A stretch of DNA of 64,000 bases from a virus (Duplodnaviria; Caudoviricetes), in IMG/VR virus record IMGVR_UViG_3300020577_007160, positions 1 through 64,000 of that record; one strand, given 5' to 3'. The notes beneath the pieces were generated by a model, which was not told where the DNA came from, ran no database searches, and was given only the letters and a program-made list of their open reading frames with translations. Made by a program: the position numbers and the translations under genes. Positions 13,448 through 26,145 of this stretch are shown here, piece by piece. Every line of letters starts with the position of its first letter. The stretch's first letter is position 1.

Positions 13448-14466
13448 GTTCCCCTCTCCAATTATTTAAATACTAGGGGTATTTCCAGTTTCTTTGATTG
13501 TTTGAAATAATTTACCTACCTCTTCTAAAACTTCTTTTGTTGGATTTGATCTGTCATGTAGGCATACTAATTCCAGTAACAACTCAGAACCAGACTCTGC
13601 ACATTGGAACTGTGTTTCTAGTATTGAGATAGAATATTCTTGTGCTTCTTTTGATAAGGAAGGAAACTCTGCAAACTGAGAAAGGTAATTCCGGATTCTC
13701 TTTCGAAGAGGTTCTTGAATTGGTCTCGTCTCAGATTTAAAAGTAGAAATATGATCTGTTTTCTCAATTGTTTCTAAGTCCCTGTCGGGAATATCCATTT
13801 TAGCAGGATAATCCGCAGCCAACAGTATCATGCACCTTTTAACAAGATGATACGCTTCCACTCTCTCCGTTGGAGTCCCTTCGATTTTAAATCGAGCAGA
13901 ACTCAACATTTCAATAATAGTCATAAATAATTATCTATATTAATAAGGTAAATTTGAATCCTCGGATTCGAATACTGCTTGAAATAGAATCGCGCCAACC
14001 CAAATAAGAAAAAGAAACCAGAACATTGAATAACCCTTAAAATACTAAGAGAAAATTTATTTGGGAATTATATCAGATGAATTGGATTTCTTCTTCAGAT
14101 TGAAGACCATCATAATTCTTTATCTGAAAATAAAGATCATTTAGTAAATGATCAAAATGTCGTTTTCTTATGACGATCAACGTATCTGAAACCGAGGACT
14201 CAGACTGTTCCTCTACGCTCTCTTTGAATTCTCGTACTAAAGAAAGAACATTTTCTTGAAATTTTTCTAAAGAATTTTCCATTATTGTTGTCCTCGCATA
14301 TTGAACGAAATATGACTCTGAATTGACATGCCAACTATGTCCCTGAGAGACTGTAAGTAACGATCCAAAACATAACAAAAGAACTGAACAAAAGAAACAT
14401 TGAAGAAAACAACTAAACTAATATTGAAATATATTATCAATATAGTAGTAAAAATTAGAAGGAATA

Positions 14467-15015
14467 TCATATTTCTAATATGTTGAATGGCTTGGATACT
14501 CCAGAACAGTATTCCTCTGATGCCTCCAATGCTAATTTGACTCGTTCTTTTGCGGATAGGCTGGTGTTTTTGGTAGAATGAAGAGAACCTAGGGCATAGG
14601 CGAATCCAGCACCTATAGCGTCGAGACCATTGAGATTTTCACCTACCTGAAAATCCTCATTGACAGAAAACAATCTTCCCTTATAACCAACAAGAAATGG
14701 TTCGCCTTTCTCATCACCATTGGGATACTTTTGTATGAATCCTCCGGTTTTGAAACACTCTCGTACAGCATCAATGAAATCTGTACACATAAACTCATAA
14801 GAGTCTTTCGTAGATATTGGAGGAATCTTCAAAGAAAATCGTAACAACTGAGCCATTCTGAATGAACCAGTACATCCAATTAAAAAAGAATCTACGAAAA
14901 ATACTTTAGAATCTTTACGAACTACTTTATTATAATAATTCGATATTCCAATACTATCAGCCCCAATGATTACCTTCTTGGTTTTCTTTTCTACGAATCC
15001 TACAATACAAGTCAT
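14467..15015 (-). CDS. Ntn-hydrolase, HslV/proteasome beta-subunit-like peptidase
   Basis: Starts M-T-C-I-V-G (Thr1 nucleophile after Met removal), IGADS, SKVF, IGCTGS, AIGAGFAYALG. Confidence 0.75.
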   Translation of the reverse strand: MTCIVGFVEKKTKKVIIGADSIGISNYYNKVVRKDSKVFFVDSFLIGCTGSFRMAQLLRFSLKIPPISTKDSYEFMCTDFIDAVRECFKTGGFIQKYPNGDEKGEPFLVGYKGRLFSVNEDFQVGENLNGLDAIGAGFAYALGSLHSTKNTSLSAKERVKLALEASEEYCSGVSKPFNILEI

Positions 15016-18000
15016 ATAGTTTTTTCTGAATTAAAAATGGGATAAAAATATTTATAAAATTTAGCAAAATTCGTAATACAATACTCTTTTATCAATTCAA
15101 TGGAATTGAGCCTCACCCAACATTCATCACCATAAACCCAAGAAGAATCAAGCCCAAATACTCGATACTGCACTCCAGGGCTATCATAAGATATGCCTGA
15201 GGTTATTTCTACGATTAGTACGTCATTACAAAGTACCTCACCTATAGTTTCCCAACCAGAGTCTTCCGGCAAAGAAGAAATATCTTTTAAAATTCTGAAT
15301 TGTAATTCAGGGGGATTCATATTGAATATAAATAGTTTTTTGAGTGATAGTAAATTTTTTGAGTGGCCATTCAAATCCAGAAATCCCTACTGGAAGTGTA
15401 ATAAATACGATAGCTGTTATATATCCTCAGGATTCATTTTCCGTATCCCCTAGTTCCTGTAACTTCCTATTGATATCGGATAAAATCGAAGTTTTCATTC
15501 TAATAGATTTTTCACATTCAATTTTTATTTTCTTCAAATCTGCAATTTTAGATTTTATTTGAAAATCTTCTTCTACGTCAATGCTTCGATATCGCAGGAA
15601 ATTGAAATGAACAGTTTGTGGCCAACTCGTAATGTTCACACCTATGAAACTCTCTGCTCCCTCGGGATTTACATTATGAGTATTTTCGTTCTTTTCGATA
15701 TCTTCAAAGATTTCTACCAGAGAGTGAAGATCCTTCAATCCTAAAACAACAGAAAAATCAGAAATATAATCATTAAAGTTAAAAGTATTAAGATCACGAG
15801 CAGTCCATGATAATTCTTTGAGGTCATCCATCACAACTACTTCAGAGTCCTTGACAAAATTTTTCTCTGAAAAGTCTAAAACATTAAAACTCCGGACATG
15901 AACCTTCTCTGGTTTGAATAATACTTTCATTAGTTCCAATATACCTTAAAATTAATAAAAATCACATTTTCCCCTTTCCCTGCAAATAATCAACAATTGA
16001 TCCGATAACGATCACCACTATCAGTATCAATATCAGCATTTGTGATCTTCTCCTAAATTAGAGTTTAATCGAATTGTTTTCTATCATAGAAGTTCTTATC
16101 TTTTGAATGCTTGTCCATTCTCGCGAAGAGAATTCGTATTCAATATCTGGATTATCTGCGAGGTTATATTGAAGAACGTCTACGAAGATATTGAACAGTT
16201 CATCCGTCAATTCTAATCCAGAATTTTTTATCCCCTTGAAACAACCAATAAGAACTTGTTGTCCTGTTTCGCCTGAACCCACTAATAAGTAACGAATTTT
16301 ATGACTTGGGATACTTAATTCCCTATCATAATGTTTCCAAGCAAAATCTCTTTGATTTGAAGTCATGTGAATTCCTTACTGTTATTCATTCTAAATCTAG
16401 AATGTGGAGAACGTTTCTGTTATTTTAAATCTAAAATATTCTCACCAATTCTAGGAATTGTTGGTTTTGTAACTGCGATAGTAAGTCCTTGGGTTCTGGA
16501 TCTTCCTCTACGTCTTCCGAGTCTCGTTCGAAAATCTCTTCATTGTCAATCTGACATTTCCAATACCGTTCCTGATCCTTTATGGCATCTAATAATTCGA
16601 ATATTCGATAATCTGGAACTGTCAATCTTTCTTCATTCTCAGTACCCACTCTAGAGGAAAACTGTGCTACTCTCGTGGCATTCTTATAAAGAATATAAAA
16701 TGTTTCACTTACATTTTTATAATCAAGAGTCTTTGACAATAAAAACGAGTGAGTAGATTCTTCTACTAATTGGAATCTTAAATCAGACATTGCAATATAT
16801 TTAAAATAATCAACAATCTGATCTAAAATCTGATTACAATATTTAGTTTCTGAATTTTGAATAATTTGAAATATTTGACTGTATGTTAAATTCTGGATAT
16901 ATATTTTTATAGGATCACTAGAAGAAACAATTAATTCTAAATGCTTACCAATATTTGGAACTTTTACTAGAATAGATGTCATTGAAGTTTGAACCAAAAT
17001 GAAATCTGTATCCTTGGATACAAAACTAACACGAGTACTATACTCAAATAAAGGATTGGAACAAATTCTAACAAAATTATACATTATAGTAATCCTTCTT
17101 TTTTGACATTCTGGAAACACTATTTGGACACTCCTGATTGATGCAGAGTATTTCTCCAAATATTCCGAGAAATCCAATTTTTATTAGACTGGAATGGCAA
17201 TTGACACAAGTACCAGTCCAACCAAATCTATTCTCAATAAGTATTTTATTTAAAGGTGGTTTAGGTTTTTCCATTTTCAATCTTTCTAAAATTATTATTA
17301 TACCAGATTTTCCCAATCTTAAAACATGGAGAAGATTTTAATTCAAGTTCCTCAATTAGTTTCATTGCAACAGAACTCGAAATATCAAAACTCCGCAAAA
17401 TATCAGAATCCTCCTCATTCTTTGATTCTGAATATTCAGTAAATCCATATTGACCATTTACGCCCCATATCATACAATTTCTATTCCAAGACTTTATTAA
17501 GTCCTCGTAATCAGGGAAATCCGTTGGTTTATTCGGAGTGATTCTATCCTGAGAGAATAAGAATCCTTCATAACTCATAATCCAATTTCCTTTAATTTTG
17601 AAATAACAAATCGAGGAGGCAACGAATATTGGTAATACTTACCCTTCCTACATTCTGATAGAACAACTAACCCACGCTTATTGACGTGTTCAATTCGGAG
17701 TTTAAGAACGGATTGCTTTTTGATAATTTCTCCAGATTCTGACGTAGTCTCAACAATAGGAAGTTTCGAATATTCAAATTTATGAAAATAAGGGCTGAAC
17801 ACAAATTGAGTATAATCAGATTCATCTTCAAACATCGTAACATCACGATCCTGATCCCATACACATGTTGGGATATTGAGATTTCTAAAGTATAATTTAT
17901 TAGGTTTCAAATCTAAAGTCGTAGTTATGGTCTTCCCAATATTCTCTAAAATGAACCTATAATCTACTGCATTGATATTAAAATTCTTTCTATAAAATAT

Positions 18001-18350
18001 GAGTTTGTTATTCGCTATAAAATAGGGTATTCCCATTTCAATCATCACAAGGGGAATCAACTTCATATCTTTTAAATCTTCTGGAAAATCCGGAAGAAAA
18101 ATCTTTTTACAATACGAATTATAATAAAATCTCATTTTCCTCCGTTGTGGGTTATCATCCACCATTTTCCATCGCCATTGTACCCCGAATTTTGATACAA
18201 AATCTGCAAAATGGTAATAACGGAATTTATCCTTCGAATAATAAACATATCCAAGAAAATAAGTCTCATCTGGATAAATAAACTGATTTATCCAATTCGT
18301 GCATGCCTGTTCTAGTACCAGAGGATCAATTGGTTCTGTTGAAAGTGACA

Positions 18351-19723
18351 TTATTGTTCTGCCTCCATTTTTTCAAATCCTATTGATTCTAATTTTGAAA
18401 CTAAAGTAGCAGTTCCTTGTTTTATTGAACTATCAACATAATCTCTGAATTGAGCAACAACATTATCAAATGCTGCGTAAATATTATTGAAATCAAAAAC
18501 TTCCTGACGAATATCAAAACTACTTCCTACAGTACTTGCACCAATGATTATCTGGCCATAAGAATATCGTATATTCGTAAATAATATTATACTCTTATAA
18601 AGTACCTGTTTTCGAAGAGTAAAACCAGTATTATTTTCATGATTATCTATGAGTTCAAATTTATGGTTTTCTATCAGGTCTCTCTTTGATTTCTTTAATT
18701 GGGGTGAACTATCTATAGATCTTTTTAAATGTTCGATACAAGCAAAATACTGAACACTGAATTCTTTGTCATCAAGTAGAAACTTAGTAGAAAAATCCTT
18801 TGCGGATACCTCAACAATACCTTCAATATCATCAATAGAAACTGTAATCGGAAAATTAAATATTCCGTATTTATAAAATTTCTTAAAATTTATCATTGGG
18901 ACACTTTCCTTATAAATCGATATATTATTTATGCACTGAGGAACGTCTGACACTCTATAAAAAAGAAGCCATCTCAGGAACTCTGCGATATCCCTGAGAT
19001 GGCACTTTAGTTATTTGATTATTCCGCTACTTTGAATCCTGCTTTTAATAAGTCTGAAGCAATACTTTCACAATATTGTTGGATTGAATAATCTATATAT
19101 TCTTTGAAACGAACAATAGAATCTTCAACAATAAATTTCACGCATTCTGGGAATGGGGTTTTCTGCTGGAAAACCCATGGATGATATACTTCTGCTTTCT
19201 GCTTCGTTGTGAACTCATCAATGAAAACTAAACCATTAGAATAACTTATTTTAATTCGGAGACAAGAACCTGCAATATAATAATATACTCTTGAAAAAGC
19301 AAATTTCTCATTACCAATTGTTGGGATTTCCTTATAAAGTTTATCTTCTAAGAAATCCTGCTTCATCAATTCCGCTTCCACGTCTTTGAAAGCATACCGA
19401 GAAGTTCCTACGAATTTTTCAGTATTATTTAATTTTATTTCTTCTTTTAATCTTCTCCATTCTTCAAATGTCTCATCACTAGTAGTAGGATAAATTATAC
19501 TTTTAATACGGGATTCAACAAATTCATCATAAAATTTTGGGAAATCATCCGTGCATCCCCACACGAGTTCTTGATAAACACCATTAGATTCGAGTTTCAC
19601 AATTCCATTCTTACTATCGAATTCAACACTCAATGGCATTGTTAAGTCGAGATACTTATGACTTCCTTCGTACTTTTTTGAAGTACTTGGTTTGGGATCT
19701 ACGTGGAGTTTTTTAATCTGCAT
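18351..19723 (-). CDS. Two paralogues (18351..~18896 and 19019..19723), family C
   Basis: Shared IxYSxGxxxI and C-terminal QFRDYVDSSIKQ...LESIGF / RFKEYIDYSIQQ...LLKAGF. The first gene likely starts at MINFKK (18896), downstream of the promoter motif. Confidence 0.65.
18968..19003 (-). terminator. Intrinsic terminator
   Basis: GCCATCTCAGG...CCTGAGATGGC; abuts promoter at 18940. Confidence 0.8.
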
Positions 19724-19795
19724 GATAACACTTTCTAAGAAAAGAATAAGATTGAATTACCATCCAATGAACGTAGATCCTTTTATAGAAGGGTA

Positions 19796-19960
19796 TTACT
19801 GATCCATAATATCTCTGAAAAATTCTTTGAACCATATACCCCTACGAAGAGGACTCAATAAATTTTTTTCTTTTTCTCTAATTGGAACTTTCTTAAAGTT
19901 TTCAATTTCTTTTATTCTTCGTTTTGAAAACCAAGATTCTTTCATTTGAGATCTTTTCAT
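19796..19960 (-). CDS. Small basic hypothetical protein (54 aa, below ORF-track cutoff)
   Basis: GAGG Shine-Dalgarno, then ATG reading MKRSQMKESWFSKRRIKEIENFKKVPIREKEKNLLSPLRRGIWFKEFFRDIMDQ*; promoter motif at 19990-19996. Confidence 0.6.
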   Translation of the reverse strand: MKRSQMKESWFSKRRIKEIENFKKVPIREKEKNLLSPLRRGIWFKEFFRDIMDQ

Positions 19961-20061
19961 TACTACCTCAATAGTTATTTTGGCTCAATAGAACGTCATA
20001 GTGAAATATAAAGATCAATCCTGGAGTTTTTCATCTTCTTAGGAAGAAAATTGCATAGAGA

Positions 20062-20391
20062 TCATCCTCGGAGCTTTGTTCGTATTTCTCCATGAAGAAT
20101 GATCGAGTCAATCATCCAATCATACCCTGCGAATCCTGCGGATTCTTCTTTCCTCTGGTTTACAACTTCTTTGTCAATGACCTCTAAAGTAACATTAGCA
20201 ACCCAACCATCCCCAAAATCATAAGAAAAAACATCAGTAGCATTTTCTCGTAATGCTTTAAAATGTTCACTACTGTTGAGATATCGGTCAGAAACTTTTC
20301 TTATCGCATAGTATTTTTTACCTTCGCCTGACCATTTGCCATTCCAGGAATTGACTCCAGGCATTGTTAATTGAAAACATATATATTTCAT
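20062..20391 (-). CDS. Hypothetical phage protein (Trp/Gly-rich motifs)
   Basis: MPGVNSWNGKWSG, YDFGDGW, GFAGYDWMIDSI; clean ORF in an operon with the radical SAM gene. Confidence 0.6.
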   Translation of the reverse strand: MKYICFQLTMPGVNSWNGKWSGEGKKYYAIRKVSDRYLNSSEHFKALRENATDVFSYDFGDGWVANVTLEVIDKEVVNQRKEESAGFAGYDWMIDSIILHGEIRTKLRG

Positions 20392-20784
20392 AAAGAACTC
20401 TCTTTGGTTTCACCAAATAATTTATATTTCATAAACTCTGCTCTCGACATTTTTCTTGTATCTGGATTATTCTGATTATAATACTTTAAATAAGAAACCA
20501 CTATTCGATATTGTTCATCAATATTAGGAGTCAGAGATAAACCAAGAAATTTCTCTTTTGGTTGCTGGTAGATCTTGTTGATAACATTCATCAACCAATT
20601 CCAATTTGTATGAAACTCTAAATCTGAATATTCAAATGGTCTCGTAGTACGAGATCTTTCTACTCCAGAAAATCCATCATATTTTATATCCAAAACAACA
20701 GGGTCTTCGTATTCTGAAAGGTCAGCATCTTTGGGATATCTTTCTATGAACTCAGCCATTAACTTATTACCCTCTTGAATTTCT

Positions 20785-21672
20785 TCAATTGTCAAGATTG
20801 ATTCCATTATTTCTTGTAGAAAAGAATTCTAATAAATTCATTTTATGAAAGGATACTCGATCTTTGCTTCTACTCGTTGGGGCATATTCTTTTTTAACAG
20901 CATCAATGTACATCGTGAATTGAAAATCATTTCCCATGTAATATTTTTCCCAACCTTCTTTCGTGAACAATTTTCTGATGCTTAATTGTTCTATCGCTAA
21001 ATTGTCAAAAGCAAGTAAGCATTTTCCTATATATGCAGGAACGGTTTTCTTCCACGTAAGTATGCCTTGCTCTAGCTCTGGTGAATAATACTTCACCCCA
21101 AATCCAAATTGCTTATAGCCAAGAATAAGAACTTTACAATTTCCTATAGTTATCAATTCATCTAAAATTTTGGGAGAATGTACTCCTGCAATTATATGAT
21201 AGACTATATTAGGGGATAATTGCTTTAGTTCTCGTATTGTCTTGAAATTAGTATGAATAATTGATATACCTAATCCTTTGATTAAATCTTCATGCAGGTA
21301 ATATTTCAATAAATCAAAATACTTCTGAAGATGACCCTGATTGACAGTGAGATTCGCAATGATACCTTTGTTCTTTAATTCGTGTAGAAACTCAGTTAAT
21401 TTTGGGTGAGATAATGGATTTCCACCACCAATAGCTACTTCAACTCCAGCTGGCAGGTCTTTGATGACAGTTAATAGATATTCTAGATCTCCATGAATAC
21501 CTGACATAGTAGAACTTTCATGACAATACTCACATCCCATATCACAATAATCTGTGATTTTAATATCTATTGATTCTGGATGAATTATAATAGGATCGTT
21601 TTCATACGTTCGAATCTTTGTACCATCATCTAAAATAGAAACATGAGTATTACCATTGATATATTCAATCAT
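20785..21672 (-). CDS. Radical SAM enzyme
   Basis: CxxxCxxC motif (CDMGCEYC), AIGGGNPLSHP, NLTVNQ. Confidence 0.9.
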   Translation of the reverse strand: MIEYINGNTHVSILDDGTKIRTYENDPIIIHPESIDIKITDYCDMGCEYCHESSTMSGIHGDLEYLLTVIKDLPAGVEVAIGGGNPLSHPKLTEFLHELKNKGIIANLTVNQGHLQKYFDLLKYYLHEDLIKGLGISIIHTNFKTIRELKQLSPNIVYHIIAGVHSPKILDELITIGNCKVLILGYKQFGFGVKYYSPELEQGILTWKKTVPAYIGKCLLAFDNLAIEQLSIRKLFTKEGWEKYYMGNDFQFTMYIDAVKKEYAPTSRSKDRVSFHKMNLLEFFSTRNNGINLDN

Positions 21673-22196
21673 TAATTTCCTTTGTAATATTCAAAGTGTT
21701 CATACGGAACATTGATGCTTACGTCTGTCCTGCTATTATCATTGCCTGTGAGAACGAAACTCAACGGGGAAAACAAATAACTCATTAATTTTTCTTCAGA
21801 ATTTAGAATGGCATTTAAGAAATCTCCTAATTCATCTTCATGATCTACGTAACCATGCTTCAAATATTGAATAGTTATCTTTTCCCCTGTGATACTATCG
21901 GTACTATCGTAGAAATTGTATTGAGGTTTGTCAACAGAAACTTCAATCCCATGAGATTTCAAAATCTCTACAATAGTTTGAAACTCATTTTCAAGACCAT
22001 TACAAAGTAATCCAGTATAAAGGTAAGATGCTTTTTCTTCAATGGAGTCGAGCCTATCGTGTTCCCATCCAAATGAACCCAAAGAAAACCGGAGAGTTTG
22101 TGGAAACTCTACTAATTCAATTCCATCGGCAATACAGATGCTATGGGTGCTGGATGAATTTGTTTCAAATACGTTCATTCTTATTTGAGTTTTCAT
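21672..22196 (-). CDS. Conserved phage protein with N-terminal 'IRxxVFETNSSSTHS' motif
   Basis: FETNSSSTHS, EKASYLY, GYVDH and GNDN motifs; translationally coupled to the radical SAM gene. Confidence 0.65.
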   Translation of the reverse strand: MKTQIRMNVFETNSSSTHSICIADGIELVEFPQTLRFSLGSFGWEHDRLDSIEEKASYLYTGLLCNGLENEFQTIVEILKSHGIEVSVDKPQYNFYDSTDSITGEKITIQYLKHGYVDHEDELGDFLNAILNSEEKLMSYLFSPLSFVLTGNDNSRTDVSINVPYEHFEYYKGN

Positions 22197-22493
22197 TTAA
22201 ATTTTCCTTTGAGTATAAATTTTAATTTCTATGATGATAAGATGCTGCTTCAGCTATTGCTGACATTTCTTTTTTGTTTTCTTCTACCAAGGGTAAGTAG
22301 AGTTTAACCCTTAATTCGGTCATCATTCCATTTATTATGGAACATTGTTCCTCCGTAAGGACTTTAGTACCAAAACAATCTTCAAATAAATTATAGATAT
22401 TTCGAAGATTTCCTTGAATCAAGAGTTTGTCAGCTAACGTTGCTATTCTTACCGCGTTATCCATATTTTATTTTCTTAAAAAGTAGTATAGGT

Positions 22494-23734
22494 TTAATCT
22501 GGTATTCTTAATCTAAATGTACCAATCAGAATTTTCCAAACATTCTTAAGTGGGTGTAAAATAATGTCATATTCTACCTTATGAACGTGTTGCCTCAACT
22601 CAAAGTTCTGACAATTTAAATTCTCTAATTCTTGGTTTGATTGTTCCAATTCAGATTTCAATACTGAAAGTTCATCCCTGTAGGATTCGTTCAAACGAGT
22701 ATTGTCGGAAAATACAGATTGATAAATACTATTTAAATTTTTAAGATAATCTATTTCTTGAAGTGCTTCATTATACTTAGTTTCAAAAGATTCTTTATCA
22801 CGTTCCAGATGTTCTAAGCGGGAATTTTTTAGTAAATTTAATCTTAAATCCCCTTCCAATTTTTTAATTAAAAATTTAGATGCTTCTAATTCTCTTTTTA
22901 ATTCTTCAATTTCTATTGGGTCTTCATTGACATTAAAAATTTTAGGGGTATGTTGACGCTTCCCTTCATCTATGATATAGCCTGAATCCGTAAATGTTAA
23001 TGGAACTCGTTCATTATTCTCATTCTTGTAATAAGAATAACATAATTTGCAACGTTTTGATTCAACAATAATTAACTCATGTAATTTGAGAAAATATTCA
23101 TTATTGAGAACCCTATAACACAAAGGTTTTGTTAAATCAAGTTTCATTTATTGATAAGATCTAAGTAAGTATTTAAACTGTCAATGTTGATTTCTTTTCT
23201 TTCCTGTAAGAACGCTATTCCATTTTTTAAATTATGAAGTTGTCTTTCAACTTCTATCAATTTGTTACTTAAGTTCTTACAAGTCAATTGACTGAGTTGA
23301 TATTGATTTGACAATGACTGAATCTGAGATTTTAGATTATCAATAATTCCAGATTGAATATCTAAGGAAGCAAGAGACCGATTGTAGAGATCCATCAATT
23401 CTGCCTTTTCCCTTAGAAAAGTTTCATTGAACGCATTAAAAGTAGATATTTGATCTTTGGGTTTAAAAACATTCTTAAGAAGAACTTCCCTATCAGAAAT
23501 ATTTCGGATTCTTTTATATCCCTGACGTAACATTGTTTTATTATTGAGAACATAACCATGTTCCGTGAACATTACGGGGTAATTAACAGAATCATCAATA
23601 GTATAATATCCAGTATAATATGTTGTTCCCCGAAGATTTTCACCCTGAATATTAATCGTTATAGGATATTCATTACTACGGATTTTAATGACCAAAGGTT
23701 TGGTAACGTCTAGTTTCATAAAATTATAGATCAA
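22494..23734 (-). CDS. Two tandem paralogues (22494..23147, 23144..23734) with C-terminal coiled coils, family D
   Basis: MKLDLTKPL / MKLDVTKPL; PLTFTDSGYII / PVMFTEHGYVL; heptad-rich C-termini. Confidence 0.7.
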
Positions 23735-25415
23735 ATGTTTTACTCAAAAGAAAACAAACCTCAATACTCTTATTTTGACGGGTACTTATGATTAAAGGGT
23801 CGGTTATTTCATTCAGAAGTAAATAATCAGATATTAATTTTGAAATTTTTTCTTTCAGAATTGGCTTAGATTCCCCTACTCCATAAACAGTAAAAAAGGA
23901 AGGGGGATCTGAATTGAAAAATCCTGATATTCGAAATCCATCAGGATTCTTTTCAATATCGGAAAGACTGGTGGTTATTATTTTTATAATTTCAGAAATA
24001 TAATGAGAATAGGGCTTAATTACCATAATTACTTTTCTCTTCCTTAGGAAACAAATTTGATAAACTAAAATTAGATTCGACAATAAATTTAAGACAAATA
24101 TTTGGATAACATCCCAATGCTGCTTCTGTAGTGATAATTAACGGGTTACTAATAGAATTATACTCTAAGTATTTAAGTATAGATATTTTAAGATCTCTTT
24201 CTATTGTTTCCCTGTTTGGAATAATCCAAGGAATAAAAATGTTAGAATCTATATCATAAGATTGAAATTGCCCTGACAAATCAAAATGAGAATTAACAGA
24301 ATTAAAAGAGTATTCTCTAAAAATGCCAACTTCTCCTATTAGTCTTTCCTCAATTATTTTCTGGATAGCATGTAAGTGATATTCTAACTGAACCATTTTC
24401 TAGCGATTTAAATTATAAAATTCTTCTATGTTTTCATAGATTTTATTTGTTGGAAAAGAATCACTTATATACTTTGACGGTAAGTATATGAATACCCACG
24501 TACTGACCTGATGCTCCAACACTAAAAATAGTGGGATAGTGTTCAGTGTCAATTCATAACCATAAAGTATAGGATTCCAAATAAGATTCATTAGGATTTA
24601 TTTAAGTTAGCTGCTATCAATTCATTGAGATGCCCCCAATAGAACTTAGTAGAAAAAATAAGTACCAAGTTTCCCCAATCTGTTCGTTAGTTTCAATATG
24701 AACTGCTTTGTACGTTCCAACTTCCTTTTCCAAATCAATATATATTGTTATATCATATTCTCCTAATACCCACCCCATGAGAACTTGCCCGTCAGGGGTC
24801 ATGTAACAATAAGGTATAGGAAGATTAAAATCAAAATACTTTTAAAATTAAAAATCAGTCTTTCTATCTCGTCTTTTTTGTAAGATCTTCCAATACCATT
24901 AAACCAACCATATTCTACGTCCAGAAAAGAACGTAACCGATCCTCAAATTGATAGAGTTGTACGGGTTCTAAGGTCAATTGATTTTCTGCTTGTTCTGAT
25001 GGCATTGGTTTGATCCTCAAAATTGTAAAAGTTTCCTGCAGCATCAAAGAACGTCTGTAGAGAGATAAAACACAGTTCTCTGACACTAGAGTGAAACTTC
25101 TTCCCTGAAACCAATATAAACAGTCTTTGGTGAAACCATTGTTTCTCGTGTGCGAAACTCACAAGACTTCTGGATATTATTTTCTTTTAAATACTTCTTC
25201 AGTTGTTCTTGGAGAGACTTTTGGAATTCGACGAGTTCATCTGAAACATACAGATATTCTTCGAATGAACTTTTATATTTCGTATACCCAACTTCAAAAT
25301 TCCAGGAAGCCCAACAATTTATCTCTCCTCTAATAACCAAGTCTTTTTTGCTTATGTTGTAAGAAGCTAAAGATGCCAATACTATCTCTCGAATTGCGAA
25401 AAGATGTTCTTTCAT
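23724..25415 (-). CDS. Paralogue family E (23724..24083, 24016..24396, 25086..25415), interleaved with other small genes
   Basis: HYISEIIKII / HLHAIQKII / HLFAIREIV and ISDYLLLNEITDPLIIST / ILKYLEYNSISNPLIITT / LKKYLKENNIQKSCEFRT. Confidence 0.55.
24617..25086 (-). pseudogene. Single gene of paralogue family F split by a 1-nt frameshift (ORFs 24799..25086 + 24617..24802)
   Basis: Adding one A to the A4 run (plus-strand T4 at 24840-24843) gives ...IFNFKKYFDFNLPIPYCYMTPDGQVLMGW..., collinear with intact paralogues 28373..28798 and 36625..36993. Confidence 0.6.
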
Positions 25416-26123
25416 ACTAATTTAAAAAAGTATTTTTAACATAATCTAAAATAGTATCAATTGGTATATGATCTGATTGATAGGTTTTATTAGAATAACA
25501 GACACCATTTGAACTATAGAGATGAACTTCTACCAAACAATTCCCACCTTCTAATTCAATGTGAACTGTTACTTTGGAATTATCTGCTCGAACAAATGTT
25601 TCATCCAACTGTGTCATACGGGTTAATCCTCTCTTATATAATATTCATAATCATCACAACCTGCAAAGTCGCTAGGGTTTGAAGTATGAATGACGTCTTT
25701 CGACAATTCTCTTCCAACCGCTACCATGAGGAAAAGAACGTAGAGAGCAACATAAACAATTATAAGAACCATGATACCCTATTATAAAGAAATCTAATTT
25801 TACCTAACTCTTCAATAAACTTTCTATGAAATAATCCGGAATGATTCATCTGAATTCGGAGTTCCTCTGCTATTCCTTCGATGCAAGCATATATTAAATT
25901 CTTATATGTCAAAAATAAAAGATCATCTTCCCTTCTTTTGCTCCGAAAAGACAAATCATCAAAATAATCCTTATTTTTAAATGTATCAGTTATTACTATT
26001 TTAATATCAGCAAGAGACCTAGTTTCGTTTTCACTTAGGAAAACAATTACTTCAAAAGTTCGATCTCTCCATTCGTCTTTTCGAGTAAGGATAGTATGCA
26101 TCATAGAACAATATTAATAAGCA

Positions 26124-26145
26124 CTCTCTTATCTAGATAAGAGAG
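26124..26145. terminator. Perfect 22-bp palindrome, terminator or operator
   Basis: CTCTCTTATCTAGATAAGAGAG, intergenic. Confidence 0.5.
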
